A DNA stretch of 63,964 bases, filler included, from Stramenopiles sp. TOSAG23-2 (GCA_900128395.1; 4 parts of 4 records of this genome joined end to end with filler, not necessarily neighbours in it); one strand, 5' to 3'. Positions 36,055 through 48,139 are shown, counted from the first letter of the whole stretch. Notes: generated by a model from the sequence alone, not told the origin. Translations and numbers: made by a program.

Positions 36055-37395
36055 CTACTTCTTTATTTTATTCACACTTATTTTACAATCAGAAGCCCCT
36101 GAAACGATTGTATCCTCCACTTTCCAATCAACACATAATATTTTCGCCTTCAATTCATGAGCATCTTTCACTGTATGCAATGGCATCAAAGCACGACTAT
36201 CCCATATTTTCATTGTACCATCATATGATACAGATGATAACAAAAATTCGTTATATGGCGCCCAACATACATCTGATACCCATTGTTTATGACCCTTTAA
36301 AGATTTCAACACCAATGAATCGCTTTTTGTACGTGGATCCCATAAACGTATACAATGATCAGGATGGCCAGATGCAATTATTCCTGATTGTGGGGAATAA
36401 TCCAATGAGGTAACAGCATGTGTACAATTCATTGAATTATTCAATTGGCCATTTTCAACATCCCATGACACAATTCTCCTATCCATACCACCACTATACA
36501 CACTTCGTTGTGATGCCCATGCTAAAGATACCGATGCACCAGTATGTTCTTTTAACACATGTAAACATTCCATTTCTTTTTGTTCATCTAAATTCTTATT
36601 ATTTCTATTATTTTTTCCTTTTCTTTTTTTCAATGATGGTTCACTGCTGCCATCATCGTTTGATACTGGTAATTTCCACATTCTAACTGTATGATCCCAA
36701 GATGTCGATGCAACAATATCGCGACTTGGGCCAATTGCTACATCAGTTATTTCACTAGTATGACCATTTCCCATGGCATATTGTATTAAAGTGGATGAAA
36801 CTTTCTTTTTTGCATTATTATATTCCCCTTTCCATGTTTTTAATATACGATCTTGTGAACCAGAAACCACAATTAAGTTATTATTATTATCTGCTGTCTT
36901 TGCCACTGAAATACCTTTTACTGGTCCCGTATGGGCTTTTAAAGTCGCAACTTGTTTGCCAGAATGTGTGTCGATAGATATAGATCCATCGTATGAGCCA
37001 GAAAAAACAAATCCATGGATTCCAGAATCTAAACATGCGATCCAATCTGGACTCGTAATCGTTGCATCGACTTCAGGACTTAATAATGCAGGTATATATA
37101 CCAACTCAATGACATTTTCTGTTGAAAGTTTTTGCGTTTGTATCCCTTTTAATAATGAGCCTCTTAGAAGCGTATCATTTAACAAAAAGTCAAATGGAAC
37201 TTGCTTTGGTAACTGAAGCAAATGGTTTACAATATCAGATAGGCCAAAACGTTTGAGTCTTGTAGGTATCGCTATCGGTTCCTCTGTAACACGATATTTA
37301 TCAAATGTTGTTTTAAAAGATATCAATACCTCCACAACTTTTGATTTATTATTATTTACATTGGAATCATCTGTTTCCATTGCATCCTTATTCAT
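36055..37395 (-). CDS. WDR12: Ribosome biogenesis protein WDR12/Ytm1
   Basis: N-terminal NLE/UBL domain (PIAIPTRLKRFGLSDIVNHLL...PFDFLLNDTLLRGSL...STENVIELVY) plus WD40 repeats (IRLWDPR, GHKQWVS.V.W, SYDGTMKIWDSR). Confidence 0.9.
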   Translation of the reverse strand: MNKDAMETDDSNVNNNKSKVVEVLISFKTTFDKYRVTEEPIAIPTRLKRFGLSDIVNHLLQLPKQVPFDFLLNDTLLRGSLLKGIQTQKLSTENVIELVYIPALLSPEVDATITSPDWIACLDSGIHGFVFSGSYDGSISIDTHSGKQVATLKAHTGPVKGISVAKTADNNNNLIVVSGSQDRILKTWKGEYNNAKKKVSSTLIQYAMGNGHTSEITDVAIGPSRDIVASTSWDHTVRMWKLPVSNDDGSSEPSLKKRKGKNNRNNKNLDEQKEMECLHVLKEHTGASVSLAWASQRSVYSGGMDRRIVSWDVENGQLNNSMNCTHAVTSLDYSPQSGIIASGHPDHCIRLWDPRTKSDSLVLKSLKGHKQWVSDVCWAPYNEFLLSSVSYDGTMKIWDSRALMPLHTVKDAHELKAKILCVDWKVEDTIVSGASDCKISVNKIKK

Positions 37396-38131
37396 GTTAT
37401 TATACTTAAAAGAAATTAATAATGATATGACACGTATTATGTATGTGTGGTGTTTTATCAATTAGATGATTTGGATGTAATTTTCGAAATGTATTTTGAA
37501 TCATGTATATCTACTCATTAGTTGACGACAAACAACTATGTATAAATGTATAAAAGTACATATATATAATATACGGAGTAAGTATATGGTTGCTATAGGC
37601 AAAAGTCAATCCTATGGCAATAGTAGTCGCTGCAGTCGTCGGTCAATTTACAATTATTCTAATACTGATACCTGGTATTATTGAAATTATTGTGGTGGTA
37701 TATTGGCATACCACAGCAATACAGGTGCACATCAGCTGCTTCACCATGTGTAATATTAATATTACTGTACACAGGTTTTTATTTGTACCACGAAATTGGA
37801 TGGTGATTATGATGAAGGAAGATAATATTATACACAAAAAAATTAATTAGAATTAATCTGTACTATACTATGTGGTATACATAGAGCTAATCCTCATCCT
37901 ATATATATAGTAAATAATTAAAAATATAATAAGGAATATAATAATAATATTATCGCGACGATTAGACTATCATTATTATTATTATTATTAGTTCTATAAA
38001 TTGAATGTTAATGTGAATTTATACACGAGAAATATGTATACTATGTTTCATAATACAACAAAGGTTAATGATAAATAGATACATACATACATATACATAG
38101 ATATACATACGTGTGTAATAAATAACAAGAC

Positions 38132-40393
38132 ATGTCACGTGCGTTATCGTCTAATAGTAGCGGTGACTCGCCGTCTTCATCGGGATCATCATCTTCCTCA
38201 TCTAACAGCGGTAGTGAAGATAGCAATAATAGTAATAGTAGTAGCAGCAGCAGCAGCGATGACGAGGACAATATAGATAGTTCATGGCAACGAAGGCTTG
38301 TAAGTTCAAATTTGGGTAATTCACAACAACAGAATGTAAAGCGACTTCCCTTGAAACACGCTGATGGGTCTATTGTACGGAATAAAGCGTTTGATGGGGA
38401 GGGTGGACAAGCTGTTGTAAAACAAAGTGATATGAAAAATAAAGATGAAGACGAAAATTTAGAAGACGAACCATCAGTACCTGAAACAAATGTAAAATTC
38501 AAAAATAATAAACATATCCAACGTGATATTGATGACGATGCGATAGATGAAAATTTACCAAGGCCAGTTAGAGTTGAACAATATAAGATGAGAATAGCAA
38601 TGCTAGCTGAAGCAATTATTCGCGATCCAGCTAGTGCGTTGAAACACTCAAAAACAGAGACGGCGAAGTTTGACAAAATGCATCGAATATGTACAAATAA
38701 TGACTTTACAATTAGGCGATTGGGGATAGTCTCATTGTATGCAGTTTTTAAAGATATCTTGCCCCCATTTCGAATAAGGGTAGTAACAGATGTTGAAATG
38801 CAATCCCAAATGAAGAAAGAGACTCGTGCGCGTCGAGAATTTGAGAAAAGTATGCTTTCCGTCTATCAAAGGTATTTGAAAGTGTTAGATTCATCAGCGT
38901 CAAACGTTACAAAAGAAGAACAATGCAAAATGTCTGAAAGCAAATATCGCAGGCGTATTCGCTTAATTCATGCTTCGTTAACCTGCATGGGCCTTTTAAT
39001 AGTTGCAAGGCCTAAATTTAATTTTCGTTCAAACATTTTAAGTCTATTAGTCTCCCGCTTAGCAGATGACAATACAGAGACGCAGAAAATAATTATGAAA
39101 CAGATTGAATCTATTTTGATAGAAGATAGAACCTCAGAAATTGCTGTTGAAATTGTTCGAGCTGTTTCTAAATTAGTTAAGAATAAAAATTATGTGGTAA
39201 ACACGAACGTCTTAAATTGTTTGTTAGAGGTGCCTTTAAAAACAGACTTAAAAGATAAGAAAATTAAGAAAATGCAAGAGAAAAGAGGTAAAAAGAAGAG
39301 GAAGATGGGTGAATTAGCAAAAAATTTACAGATAACTAGCGGGAGTATTGACGTTAATGCTAGAAATAAAAATCAAGTAATCGTTTTGAAAGATTTATTT
39401 AACATGTATTTTCGCGTATTAAAGAGGAGCGTGCCATCATCACCCCTGATTGGTGCGGCAATGCATGGCGTTGCTAAATTTTCACATCTAATCAACATTG
39501 ATATCGTGTATGATTTGGTTGAAGTACTTAGCAATATGTGCAAAGCTGATGGTATGGCAGTGTCGTCTGGCATACAGTGTGTACTTGCAGCATTAAGGAC
39601 ATTAGCTGGTCCTGGCAAAGAACTAAATTTCGACGATGGTCCATTTATTGCTTATTTGTATAAAATAGTTCCTCGCTTATCAGCTATTTCAGAGGATACA
39701 AATGTAGGTACAGCAATGATGTGCCTCCAGCTAGCATTTTTGAAAAGACGGGAACATTCAATGGAACGAGTCGCTGCTTTTATTAAACGCTTGGCAATGG
39801 TCTCATTGCATTTCACTCGACCAGAACATGCAATGGCGGCATTATCCATAATTGGTAGTATTTTTCAACGTTACCCAACAACTACGCAACTTTTAGATCG
39901 AGATGATGAACGTAAAGCGTGCCCGGACTATTTGTATAATATTGATGATCCAGAACAATGCCATTCATTTGGTGCAACATTATTTGAAGTGACAGCATTG
40001 ACAAAACATTTTCACCCGGGGGTTCAAGAAATGGCAAAAAACGTATTGCTTCGAAAAATGCCCTTGCCAAGCCATCAGCCTCGGCTTCTATTGAAAGATT
40101 ATGACACAACATTGTGCGGGTTTAACAATACTAAGATACAACCACCCCCAGAAAGAACAAAAAAGGAAATAATAGCGGAGAGGAAATTTATTGAAGAATT
40201 TATTGATATGGATGAGGACAATAGTGGTAATGATGATAGTGATGATGCTATTCTTAGTGATAATGACAACCAGAATGCCAATAAAAAGTTTATTAGCACT
40301 GGTAGCAGTAGTAACAGCAATATACATGGCAGCAGTAGTGACAATATGAAAAAAAACAGTGGTAGTAGAAAGAAGCGTTACAAGAAGAGCTAG
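38132..40393 (+). CDS. NOC3: Nucleolar complex protein 3
   Basis: RLPLK..DG, SLYAVFKDILP.FRIR, FNFRSNI, YFRVLK, GVAKFSHLINID and CBF-domain RVAAFIKRL...HFHP.V. Confidence 0.9.
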   Translation: MSRALSSNSSGDSPSSSGSSSSSSNSGSEDSNNSNSSSSSSSDDEDNIDSSWQRRLVSSNLGNSQQQNVKRLPLKHADGSIVRNKAFDGEGGQAVVKQSDMKNKDEDENLEDEPSVPETNVKFKNNKHIQRDIDDDAIDENLPRPVRVEQYKMRIAMLAEAIIRDPASALKHSKTETAKFDKMHRICTNNDFTIRRLGIVSLYAVFKDILPPFRIRVVTDVEMQSQMKKETRARREFEKSMLSVYQRYLKVLDSSASNVTKEEQCKMSESKYRRRIRLIHASLTCMGLLIVARPKFNFRSNILSLLVSRLADDNTETQKIIMKQIESILIEDRTSEIAVEIVRAVSKLVKNKNYVVNTNVLNCLLEVPLKTDLKDKKIKKMQEKRGKKKRKMGELAKNLQITSGSIDVNARNKNQVIVLKDLFNMYFRVLKRSVPSSPLIGAAMHGVAKFSHLINIDIVYDLVEVLSNMCKADGMAVSSGIQCVLAALRTLAGPGKELNFDDGPFIAYLYKIVPRLSAISEDTNVGTAMMCLQLAFLKRREHSMERVAAFIKRLAMVSLHFTRPEHAMAALSIIGSIFQRYPTTTQLLDRDDERKACPDYLYNIDDPEQCHSFGATLFEVTALTKHFHPGVQEMAKNVLLRKMPLPSHQPRLLLKDYDTTLCGFNNTKIQPPPERTKKEIIAERKFIEEFIDMDEDNSGNDDSDDAILSDNDNQNANKKFISTGSSSNSNIHGSSSDNMKKNSGSRKKRYKKS

Positions 40394-40814
40394 AGTATCA
40401 TATGATATCATGTACACAATTATTATATATTATTTCTCTTACTCATCATATGGCTGCATACGCGTATTTTTAAAAATTGTTATTTTTATAAAAAGTCAAA
40501 AATAAAACTAAGCACGGGAAGTAAAATTATTACGCGCGTATAATATATAATATAACTTAGATTTTAACCATCAAAATATATATAATTTTAAATTTAATGC
40601 ATAACCATTCAATATAATTTTAAAAAATGATATGATAATTTATACGAATTCGTATTACGCTTCGTATATCATGTTTGACCTCTACAGGGGTGTGTATTTT
40701 TTACATATATATGTTTTTTCTAAATTTTTCTTCCTCTGAAAAAATGGTACGTACATTTTTTATGTCTGCGCGAGTTCAGATCATAACCTGAAATATTTTT
40801 TAATTTTTACGATT

Positions 40815-43800
40815 CTATATACCAGGTTTAACTACTGCATCTTCATCTCCATCTAACGATGGCAATTTACCATGTGCACCTAAAGTGCCTGATGCCCTTT
40901 TTGAAATCGCTTTATGCATTGCACCGGCACCTCCTTCGTGTGCAGTAGCATTCATTGATTCAACATATTTTTCTATTAATTCAATATTAGCGGCTGGCCG
41001 TACCTCCACTTCTTCTCTAATATTTAAATTTTTTGAGCATTCTTTCAAAAACAAAGACACGGATCTATCACTTAATTCACGAAGGAAAAACAAAGTTTTC
41101 CGTTTTAAACATACAAGTTGTGTATCTACTGTAGCTTTTACAGATTTTCTATGTGTGTATGAAATTGCATCTGGTATAATAAGAGATATTTGTCCAAAGT
41201 AATCACCTACATTATATGTCACGTTTTCGTTTCCTTCCTCCTCATGAATCGACTTTAAGACTTCACACTGACCACGGACAACGAAATACATCGCTCTGCC
41301 GTAGCTTCCAGCGCGATATACCAGTTTGCCCTTTGGTATGACTACAGGGTGTAAAAATGGAAAAATAAATGCTATAAATCCCTCGTTGTTTCTTTCCATT
41401 TGAGTCAAAATTTTCACTCTTGCTAATGTTTTTTCTGCTAAAAAATTAAATACATCTCTTACAATGTAATGAGGAGCAGCGTATAAAATTTCACTTTCCC
41501 TAAATACAGATTTTGTTTCTATGTAGTAATTAAATTGCCGTCTGACGCCGCGCTGTCGATTCCGACTGTATTTTACATGCTGCATAAAGCCATCTAAAAG
41601 CTGCATGTCTTGTTTTTTCAATCTAGCTGCTGGGTCATAATTAATAACCAAATTCATAACACCGCCGATAACATATGCGAACACAATGGTTCCAAGAAGC
41701 TGTACAACGATGGTAATCGTTAATTCCATTGATTGCGTCAATTCTGGCGAGATGTCACCATATCCCACGGTCGTCATAGTGGTAAACGCCCAATACAAAG
41801 CAGCTATGTATCGCGTTCCTGCATCGATTTCTGAAAAACATAGCCATAAATCGTTGGCGGCTGTATAATTGCTATTGGCCATTCTTTCTGCTGGGGTATG
41901 ATATGGCATATTTGGACAAAAGTACTCTTTTGGCCAACTGTTGATATTGGAATCCGTAACATCAGCTACGCCATAAAACAAACAGCCTTTTAAATGCGCA
42001 ACGAAAGTCATTGCCAGGAAAAGTTTCACTAGTTTAATTACTGCGGGATTAATTGTTATCAAGTCTTCGTATTTACCAAAGAATGATCCTAGTTTTAACA
42101 ATCGAAACAGTTTAAATAAACGAAATAGCCTCAGTACTCGCAGTATCTTAGTCGATCTAGCTGCGTTTGAAGTTTCGCCATTGTTTGCTGCTTGTATTAC
42201 TAGGTCTAATGGAAATGTTGCGAAGAAATCAATGAAAAACCATGTTTTAAAGTAATTTTTTGCTATGTTCTTATAGTCCGTAATCAAAGCCCCTTCTCCG
42301 TTGAAATATGCAGTAAAAAAATTTAAAATAATATCAGCCGTGAATAACAAGTCAATGACATAATTCATTATCAGAAAGATACCGGAACTTTCTGCATTAA
42401 AGGCTAAGCGGTACGGGACTGTGATTACACTCCAGAATATCAAAAGGCCTTGGAACATGTCCCAAAGAATTTTTTGAACTCTTTCCGGATGTATGACTCT
42501 TTGTTCCTTCCACAACTGCGTTTGGAATTCTTTTGGAGATAATGATCCTTGACGCCCCACTTTTCTTTGCGATGTTGGAGATTGTGGCTCTTCCATATTC
42601 AAGGAACTCGCACGCATTGGATTGTCCATATCAACCATTTCTAACCCCCCTTTCTCCGTATCTACCGTTAGACTTCCCTCCTCTCTGTCTGATTTCACAG
42701 ATATGTCCGACGAACGCCCAAATGCTTTGTCTTTCACCCGCTTCACCTGTTTTTCTTGCGCTACAGCCATTTTTGCTAGCTCGGTATGTAAATGTGGGTA
42801 ACTGTAAAATAGTGACGTAAGTATTTCTTTTTTCAAAAAAAATAATTCCGAAATATCATCTTCGCCAATTGCAGTTGTTGTGTATGCAACGTCATTCAGC
42901 ACTGAATCGATACCGAAAATTTCTCCAGGTGTCAAATGCAACAGTTCGACCGAAAATCGTTTAATATTGCCATTCTCATCAATATTATTTGGATCGTCAC
43001 AAAACACTCTTATTCGACCTTTTCTTAGAAAATAAATTTCAGTTCCATGTTCACCTTCTATATGCGCTTCCTCTGCTTCATTAAGGTAAGCGGGTTCTAA
43101 ATTTTCAAGAAGCATGACTTGGCATGAACGATCTAGGTTTCTGAACAACCTTGCAAATTGCTTTTTTACCTTCGTGTTTTCCTCTACTTCTAAAATCATA
43201 TCATCACGAAGCGTATCGTTCATCCTTTCAAGCATACTGTTAGTCTCGAAACATCCTTTAGTATTGTAGTAATACTTAAAATGCTTTTGCAACCTTCGTT
43301 TAATTGATTCCGGAAGTGCGCGGTCTCTAGCATAATCACGCACACGCTCAAGTTTATCTTTCGTAATTGAAGCTTGAATATCAAATGCTTCAAAAATTAC
43401 TGTGATATTCCCAACGAAGTAACCAAATATCGATGTGCCTATAAGCATGGCTATCATGACAAATATATGTTCTGGTATATTTGTTGGGCTAGCATTGACA
43501 TCCCCATACCCAACTGTGGTCATGGTAGTGAAAGCCCAATACATTGCTACTAAATATTTATCCCATGGATTTTCGAATTTGTCTACACCACTATCAGTAA
43601 GCCACTGCAGAGATGTTTCTTGCATTTGAAAATTTGCAACCATTAAAAACACACATGCTAATAGATGCCCAACAAATGTTACTAGAACTATCATTTTAAT
43701 TAAATCCATGGTGCTCTGTCCCATTAGCTCGTTTCCATCGCCTTTACTAAATAATTTTGCCATCTTCAACAAACGTGTTAACTTCAAAAGCCTCACCACT

Positions 43801-44483
43801 CGTAAAATACGCAAAAGTTTCCCAGATCGGGCAACACTTGAACTATTACTAGAGCCTCCCTCTAGAAACGGGACAATAACTTTATCAAAAGGTATTGTTG
43901 ACAACAAGTCAACTGTAAACCAACCTTTAAGATACTCGTTTCTAATAACTCTGGGGTCCCATATTATTTCTCCATCCAAGTTGATCCACCCGGTTCTAAA
44001 ATTAGCTATAATGTCTAGGGTAAACATAATATCAATGAAAAAACCCCAAGTCAACCATCCTATGTCAATCGCAGGTGAATCCGTTGCTATTCTCCAAGGC
44101 ACTTCAATAACAGAAGCGATAATTAATACTCCCAGTACAAGATCCCAATATGTTTTTCTAGGATCCTTAGGATTGATATACCCTTTCGGTGTAGTTAAAA
44201 GTTCTGCATCATCGTCCTGGAAATCCTCCAATATTATATCATGTGTTTTTTTTTCATGTCTCCTTGCTTTCTCTATAAGGTCGCTGTCGTGTTTTGAATG
44301 CGTACTATCGTATTCATTATTATCTTCATCTGCTTCTACATCTTCCGCACTTTCTTCTTTAAGATTTAGCCCTGCACGCGCCCGTGCAGCTGCTTGTCGT
44401 TCCTTCGTATTACCTGCTTTACTCTTATCTTGCCTAGCATGGCGCAGCTGTTCGTTTTTTTTCTGTTGCGATAGAGACAACAT
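40815..44483 (-). CDS. Two-repeat (tandem) CNBD-family potassium channel
   Basis: Two complete 6TM units, each with S4 (LRILRVVRLLKLTRLLK / LRVLRLFRLFKLFRLLK), pore YWAFTTMTTVGYGD, a C-linker and a CNBD-like domain. Confidence 0.9.
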   Translation of the reverse strand: MLSLSQQKKNEQLRHARQDKSKAGNTKERQAAARARAGLNLKEESAEDVEADEDNNEYDSTHSKHDSDLIEKARRHEKKTHDIILEDFQDDDAELLTTPKGYINPKDPRKTYWDLVLGVLIIASVIEVPWRIATDSPAIDIGWLTWGFFIDIMFTLDIIANFRTGWINLDGEIIWDPRVIRNEYLKGWFTVDLLSTIPFDKVIVPFLEGGSSNSSSVARSGKLLRILRVVRLLKLTRLLKMAKLFSKGDGNELMGQSTMDLIKMIVLVTFVGHLLACVFLMVANFQMQETSLQWLTDSGVDKFENPWDKYLVAMYWAFTTMTTVGYGDVNASPTNIPEHIFVMIAMLIGTSIFGYFVGNITVIFEAFDIQASITKDKLERVRDYARDRALPESIKRRLQKHFKYYYNTKGCFETNSMLERMNDTLRDDMILEVEENTKVKKQFARLFRNLDRSCQVMLLENLEPAYLNEAEEAHIEGEHGTEIYFLRKGRIRVFCDDPNNIDENGNIKRFSVELLHLTPGEIFGIDSVLNDVAYTTTAIGEDDISELFFLKKEILTSLFYSYPHLHTELAKMAVAQEKQVKRVKDKAFGRSSDISVKSDREEGSLTVDTEKGGLEMVDMDNPMRASSLNMEEPQSPTSQRKVGRQGSLSPKEFQTQLWKEQRVIHPERVQKILWDMFQGLLIFWSVITVPYRLAFNAESSGIFLIMNYVIDLLFTADIILNFFTAYFNGEGALITDYKNIAKNYFKTWFFIDFFATFPLDLVIQAANNGETSNAARSTKILRVLRLFRLFKLFRLLKLGSFFGKYEDLITINPAVIKLVKLFLAMTFVAHLKGCLFYGVADVTDSNINSWPKEYFCPNMPYHTPAERMANSNYTAANDLWLCFSEIDAGTRYIAALYWAFTTMTTVGYGDISPELTQSMELTITIVVQLLGTIVFAYVIGGVMNLVINYDPAARLKKQDMQLLDGFMQHVKYSRNRQRGVRRQFNYYIETKSVFRESEILYAAPHYIVRDVFNFLAEKTLARVKILTQMERNNEGFIAFIFPFLHPVVIPKGKLVYRAGSYGRAMYFVVRGQCEVLKSIHEEEGNENVTYNVGDYFGQISLIIPDAISYTHRKSVKATVDTQLVCLKRKTLFFLRELSDRSVSLFLKECSKNLNIREEVEVRPAANIELIEKYVESMNATAHEGGAGAMHKAISKRASGTLGAHGKLPSLDGDEDAVVKPGI

Positions 44484-44782
44484 CCTTCTACTTTCCTCAC
44501 TATTATTTTATAAATTTGACGATTACCAAGACTGATAACAAAAAACAAAGCTGCTACTTTTTATGTATGAGTTCGTTTACAACTATCAAGATAATAAAAT
44601 ACTATTTCTTTTAACAATGAAGTATTGAATACACTACTTTTCTTTATGTACTGTGTAAAATGACGATACTGGTATATGTATATAGATAAATATTTGAATC
44701 TACAATTATATCGTTTTGTGATTGTACTAAATATACAATAGTTACAATTATTAGATTATTTCAATTATAAACGTGAATGTAT

Positions 44783-44786
<4 letters not shown>

Positions 44787-44818
<32 letters not shown>
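44787..44818. repeat. (TG)n microsatellite
   Basis: About 16 uninterrupted TG units. Confidence 0.9.
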
Positions 44819-44822
<4 letters not shown>

Positions 44823-46093
44823 TGTTAGTACCTTTTGCACATAGTAATAATAATAATAGTAGTAAAATAAGACAGTATTATCATTACGTAATAAACACTA
44901 TTATATACCTGTAAAGTTAAAGAATTATAGTTATTTTTTTTATTGTAAAGCACTAAACCTGGTAAAATTTTACAACAACAAGAAATTTTAGATCTTTTTT
45001 AAGTCTGTACTTTAACAAGTAGAAAACATGATAAGCCATCGATCTATACTGGATTTATTGGATAGTAAATGATTGTAAATATTTTTCGTATAAGTTGTAT
45101 TATGTTCTTTTTATTGCTTTTAGGATTGCCATGCTATCTTGAGGCTAGAATTTACTTATAATTTACTGATGTGTGATGTGTAGAGCATTTAGATACAACC
45201 ACCAAAAAAAAAGAATAAGTTGGAGTTGCCACATTGTTGGAATTGCATGGGTGTCACAAAAATATTACACTTTCAAATTCTATAATCAATCTACTAACAA
45301 TGAAAATAAACAGTATAATTTGCCAATTATTTAAACACTGGTATATACGAAAAATTAACGATCTCGTCGTTGCTTTGCTAAATTACAACATTATGCACAG
45401 GACGAAAAAATTATTCATAGCAATGTAAAAAGGACCGGATAGATATAGTACTGTACAACATACAACATACAACAGACTAAAAAAGGCTGGGGAAAACTTA
45501 AACTAATACTATTCTCACTTACACTACCAGGACTAAAACCTGGAAAACAGAAAAAAGAAAAAGAAACTAGAACAACATTTTTGATAGTGTTTGTATGATA
45601 ATCTAATAAGTATATAAAACCCACCTTCCGCCGTTATAATTTCTCGCTTTTGCTTGCGGCTGCTAAAAAAAAAAGTGATGAGTGATTTGAATTTTTAAAG
45701 TGGCTTGTAGTAGTGTCCCTAGTACAATGAACCTATTTACGTGATTGGCAACGCACCAATAAGCGATGGAAGATAAACTAGATATATATATATTATAGTA
45801 TTCAAATGTATACATGTAATTGTACAAACGGAAGGTAGACCTATTCGGAACTTAATAATAGATTCAATTAGTCAAATTAACATCAAGTCGTTGAAAAAAT
45901 ATTCGCATTTTCGTGAATTAGAAAGGATTATAGATCTCCGTTTGTAATACGTATATATCAGTGAAAGTAAAATTAAAAAGCTTTTACCAATTTTTAAAAG
46001 TTTTAAAAAAGAAAAGCAAACGAATTACTACGTAGAATTTTTGTCACATACATTATATAAATATAAATATATATACAAATATAATATATAATT

Positions 46094-48139
46094 ATGGAAA
46101 ATCGAAACATACCTTTACCGCAAGCGAAAATTACAGAACTTAAATCCCTTATTGATAGTCACTTACGCTCACAAAATATTTACGGGCAAATAAGAGATTT
46201 TGTTAGGCAGGCTGCAAAAGGAGCCGATCCAACTAGCGACGATAACGGGTCAAACCAAACTGTCGTATTGGATGCTCTACGTGAAAAGGGTGTAATAGAA
46301 GAAGTTATCAAATCTATTAAACGCCCAAGGAATTTAGCCACACCAAGTTCCCTAATAGCATCTACTAGCGACGGTGTAGCCGATCAAGGTCAACTAGCCG
46401 ATCTAACGCCAATACCATCGCCTTTTAGACGCTTTCTTCACCTTCGAATTAATGGTGGACGAGCATTTGTAGACCACCTTGCCACCTCGGCAAATGATGA
46501 AATGGTTGGTAAAAAAGCACATTTTGTTCTTTTTGTTCATTTTCGAAATCAACGTTTTCGTTCACGGGCTGTGGAAGTATCGGTAGAGCCACAATTTGAT
46601 GAATCCTTGCTATTAGATTTACAGCCTCCTGAATCAACTTCATTAATAGACTTGTCAGATGTATTAAAAATAGACGGTAAAATACACTTGGTGTTGGCTA
46701 GAATAATAACAGTTAGTGCTCTTGTAGGAGAAGAAAAAGCGGTAGTGGAAGATAAAGAGGTTGAACTTGTTGCCAGTTATGATATTGAATGGAAAAATGT
46801 TTTATCCTCTGGTGGAATGTCTATTCCAGCTGAGCTACTAGGTGCAGGTTCACAGGCAAAGATAAAGGTGCCCGTTGGCGTGTTAGACATGCGCTTGGAC
46901 ATAGTGCCTCTTCCAGAGACAAGTGTCAAAGCAGCGGATATCGCACGCGGATTGCGAGCAAAATCGATGCGAAAGCAAGAGTTACAAAGGCAATTTTTCC
47001 AGTACAGTCGTGTGTGGTGGAAAGAATATATTGATATAAGTCCTACGTTTAAGAATCGTTTAGTAAAGATATTTGCGGAGGATGAGTGGGGTGGACATAA
47101 GCCTGTTTGTTACTTTGTGCAACCGTTGCGTGCTGGGAGAGTATTAGATTCCCCAAGGCATGCGGCGAGGTTTGTTAGTTTGATACCATATACGAAGATT
47201 GAAGCAGTTGGTGCCGGTGCTGGCAGGGCAGAGATATGGCATACGTTCCATACGTTCCTATCGATGCGCAAAGGAGATTGCGAGGATCATGCAGTATTAT
47301 TATGTTCATTGCTTCTTGGTTTCGGTTTAGACTCGTATGTATGCATCGGTACGGTAATTGATAATAATGAAAATGAACGCGATCATCTATGGGTGATGAC
47401 ACGAAGTGCTGGTAGGGGCAAAAGCTCCAAACGCATAGTGTTTTGGGAAAGTTTGACGGGGCAAAGGTATCCGCACAGAATTCAAGGTGGGAGTGGGAAA
47501 GATGATAAGTTAAGTGGCAATTCTAAAATGCCAAAATATGGTTCCATTGGATGTTGCTTCAATCATAAGAATTTCTATGCAAATAAGCAAGCCAGTGATG
47601 CAGTTTCACACTGTAATTTTAATTTTGAGGATAATAATTTATGGAAAAGTATGGATACAGAAATATTAATGGGTATAGAACATCAAGAACAAGTTCCATT
47701 GTGCCCGTCCACAGTTAATCATTTAGCAACGGAGGAAGCGTTAGAACGTGCCCTTCGTCCTATGATATCCGATTATAGACGATCAAGTTTGCGGCTAGGC
47801 ACTCCATGGGATAATGAATTAAGTTATCTATTAACACCAGCATTAGCAGCTTATGAAATGGAACGCTTAGCAGGGACACCTTTCGGTAATGAAGAGTTTC
47901 AACAAAGTATAAAACGAAATGTACCAGAAGGCCATACTTTCCGTGGGTATCCAATAGTAGTCAATCAAAGGTCACCAACTAGGATCATGGAGTCTTTTAG
48001 ACGGGCTCAAATAGCATCAGAAATTTTAAGTACGAGAGGTGACCAAGTCCATTTTGCTTTGAGAGTGAAAATATTTACATATCCGGAAGATGTTTCAGCG
48101 GTGTGGGTCATGTTGGCAGTTAAATTTAAGCCTAATTAA
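46094..48139 (+). CDS. CEP76: Centrosomal protein CEP76
   Basis: KITELKSLIDSHL N-terminus, C2 domain (LHLRINGGRAF...HFRNQRFRS), WWKEY.DI..F..RLVKIFA, SPRHAARFV, GDCEDHAVLLCSLLLGFGL, WESLTG and VWVMLA. Confidence 0.92.
   Translation: MENRNIPLPQAKITELKSLIDSHLRSQNIYGQIRDFVRQAAKGADPTSDDNGSNQTVVLDALREKGVIEEVIKSIKRPRNLATPSSLIASTSDGVADQGQLADLTPIPSPFRRFLHLRINGGRAFVDHLATSANDEMVGKKAHFVLFVHFRNQRFRSRAVEVSVEPQFDESLLLDLQPPESTSLIDLSDVLKIDGKIHLVLARIITVSALVGEEKAVVEDKEVELVASYDIEWKNVLSSGGMSIPAELLGAGSQAKIKVPVGVLDMRLDIVPLPETSVKAADIARGLRAKSMRKQELQRQFFQYSRVWWKEYIDISPTFKNRLVKIFAEDEWGGHKPVCYFVQPLRAGRVLDSPRHAARFVSLIPYTKIEAVGAGAGRAEIWHTFHTFLSMRKGDCEDHAVLLCSLLLGFGLDSYVCIGTVIDNNENERDHLWVMTRSAGRGKSSKRIVFWESLTGQRYPHRIQGGSGKDDKLSGNSKMPKYGSIGCCFNHKNFYANKQASDAVSHCNFNFEDNNLWKSMDTEILMGIEHQEQVPLCPSTVNHLATEEALERALRPMISDYRRSSLRLGTPWDNELSYLLTPALAAYEMERLAGTPFGNEEFQQSIKRNVPEGHTFRGYPIVVNQRSPTRIMESFRRAQIASEILSTRGDQVHFALRVKIFTYPEDVSAVWVMLAVKFKPN

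Noticed and set aside
43708-44535. 275-aa antisense ORF (and similar shadows at 23458, 38065, 54139, 12663)
   Set aside because: They lie opposite well-supported genes and have no motifs of their own.
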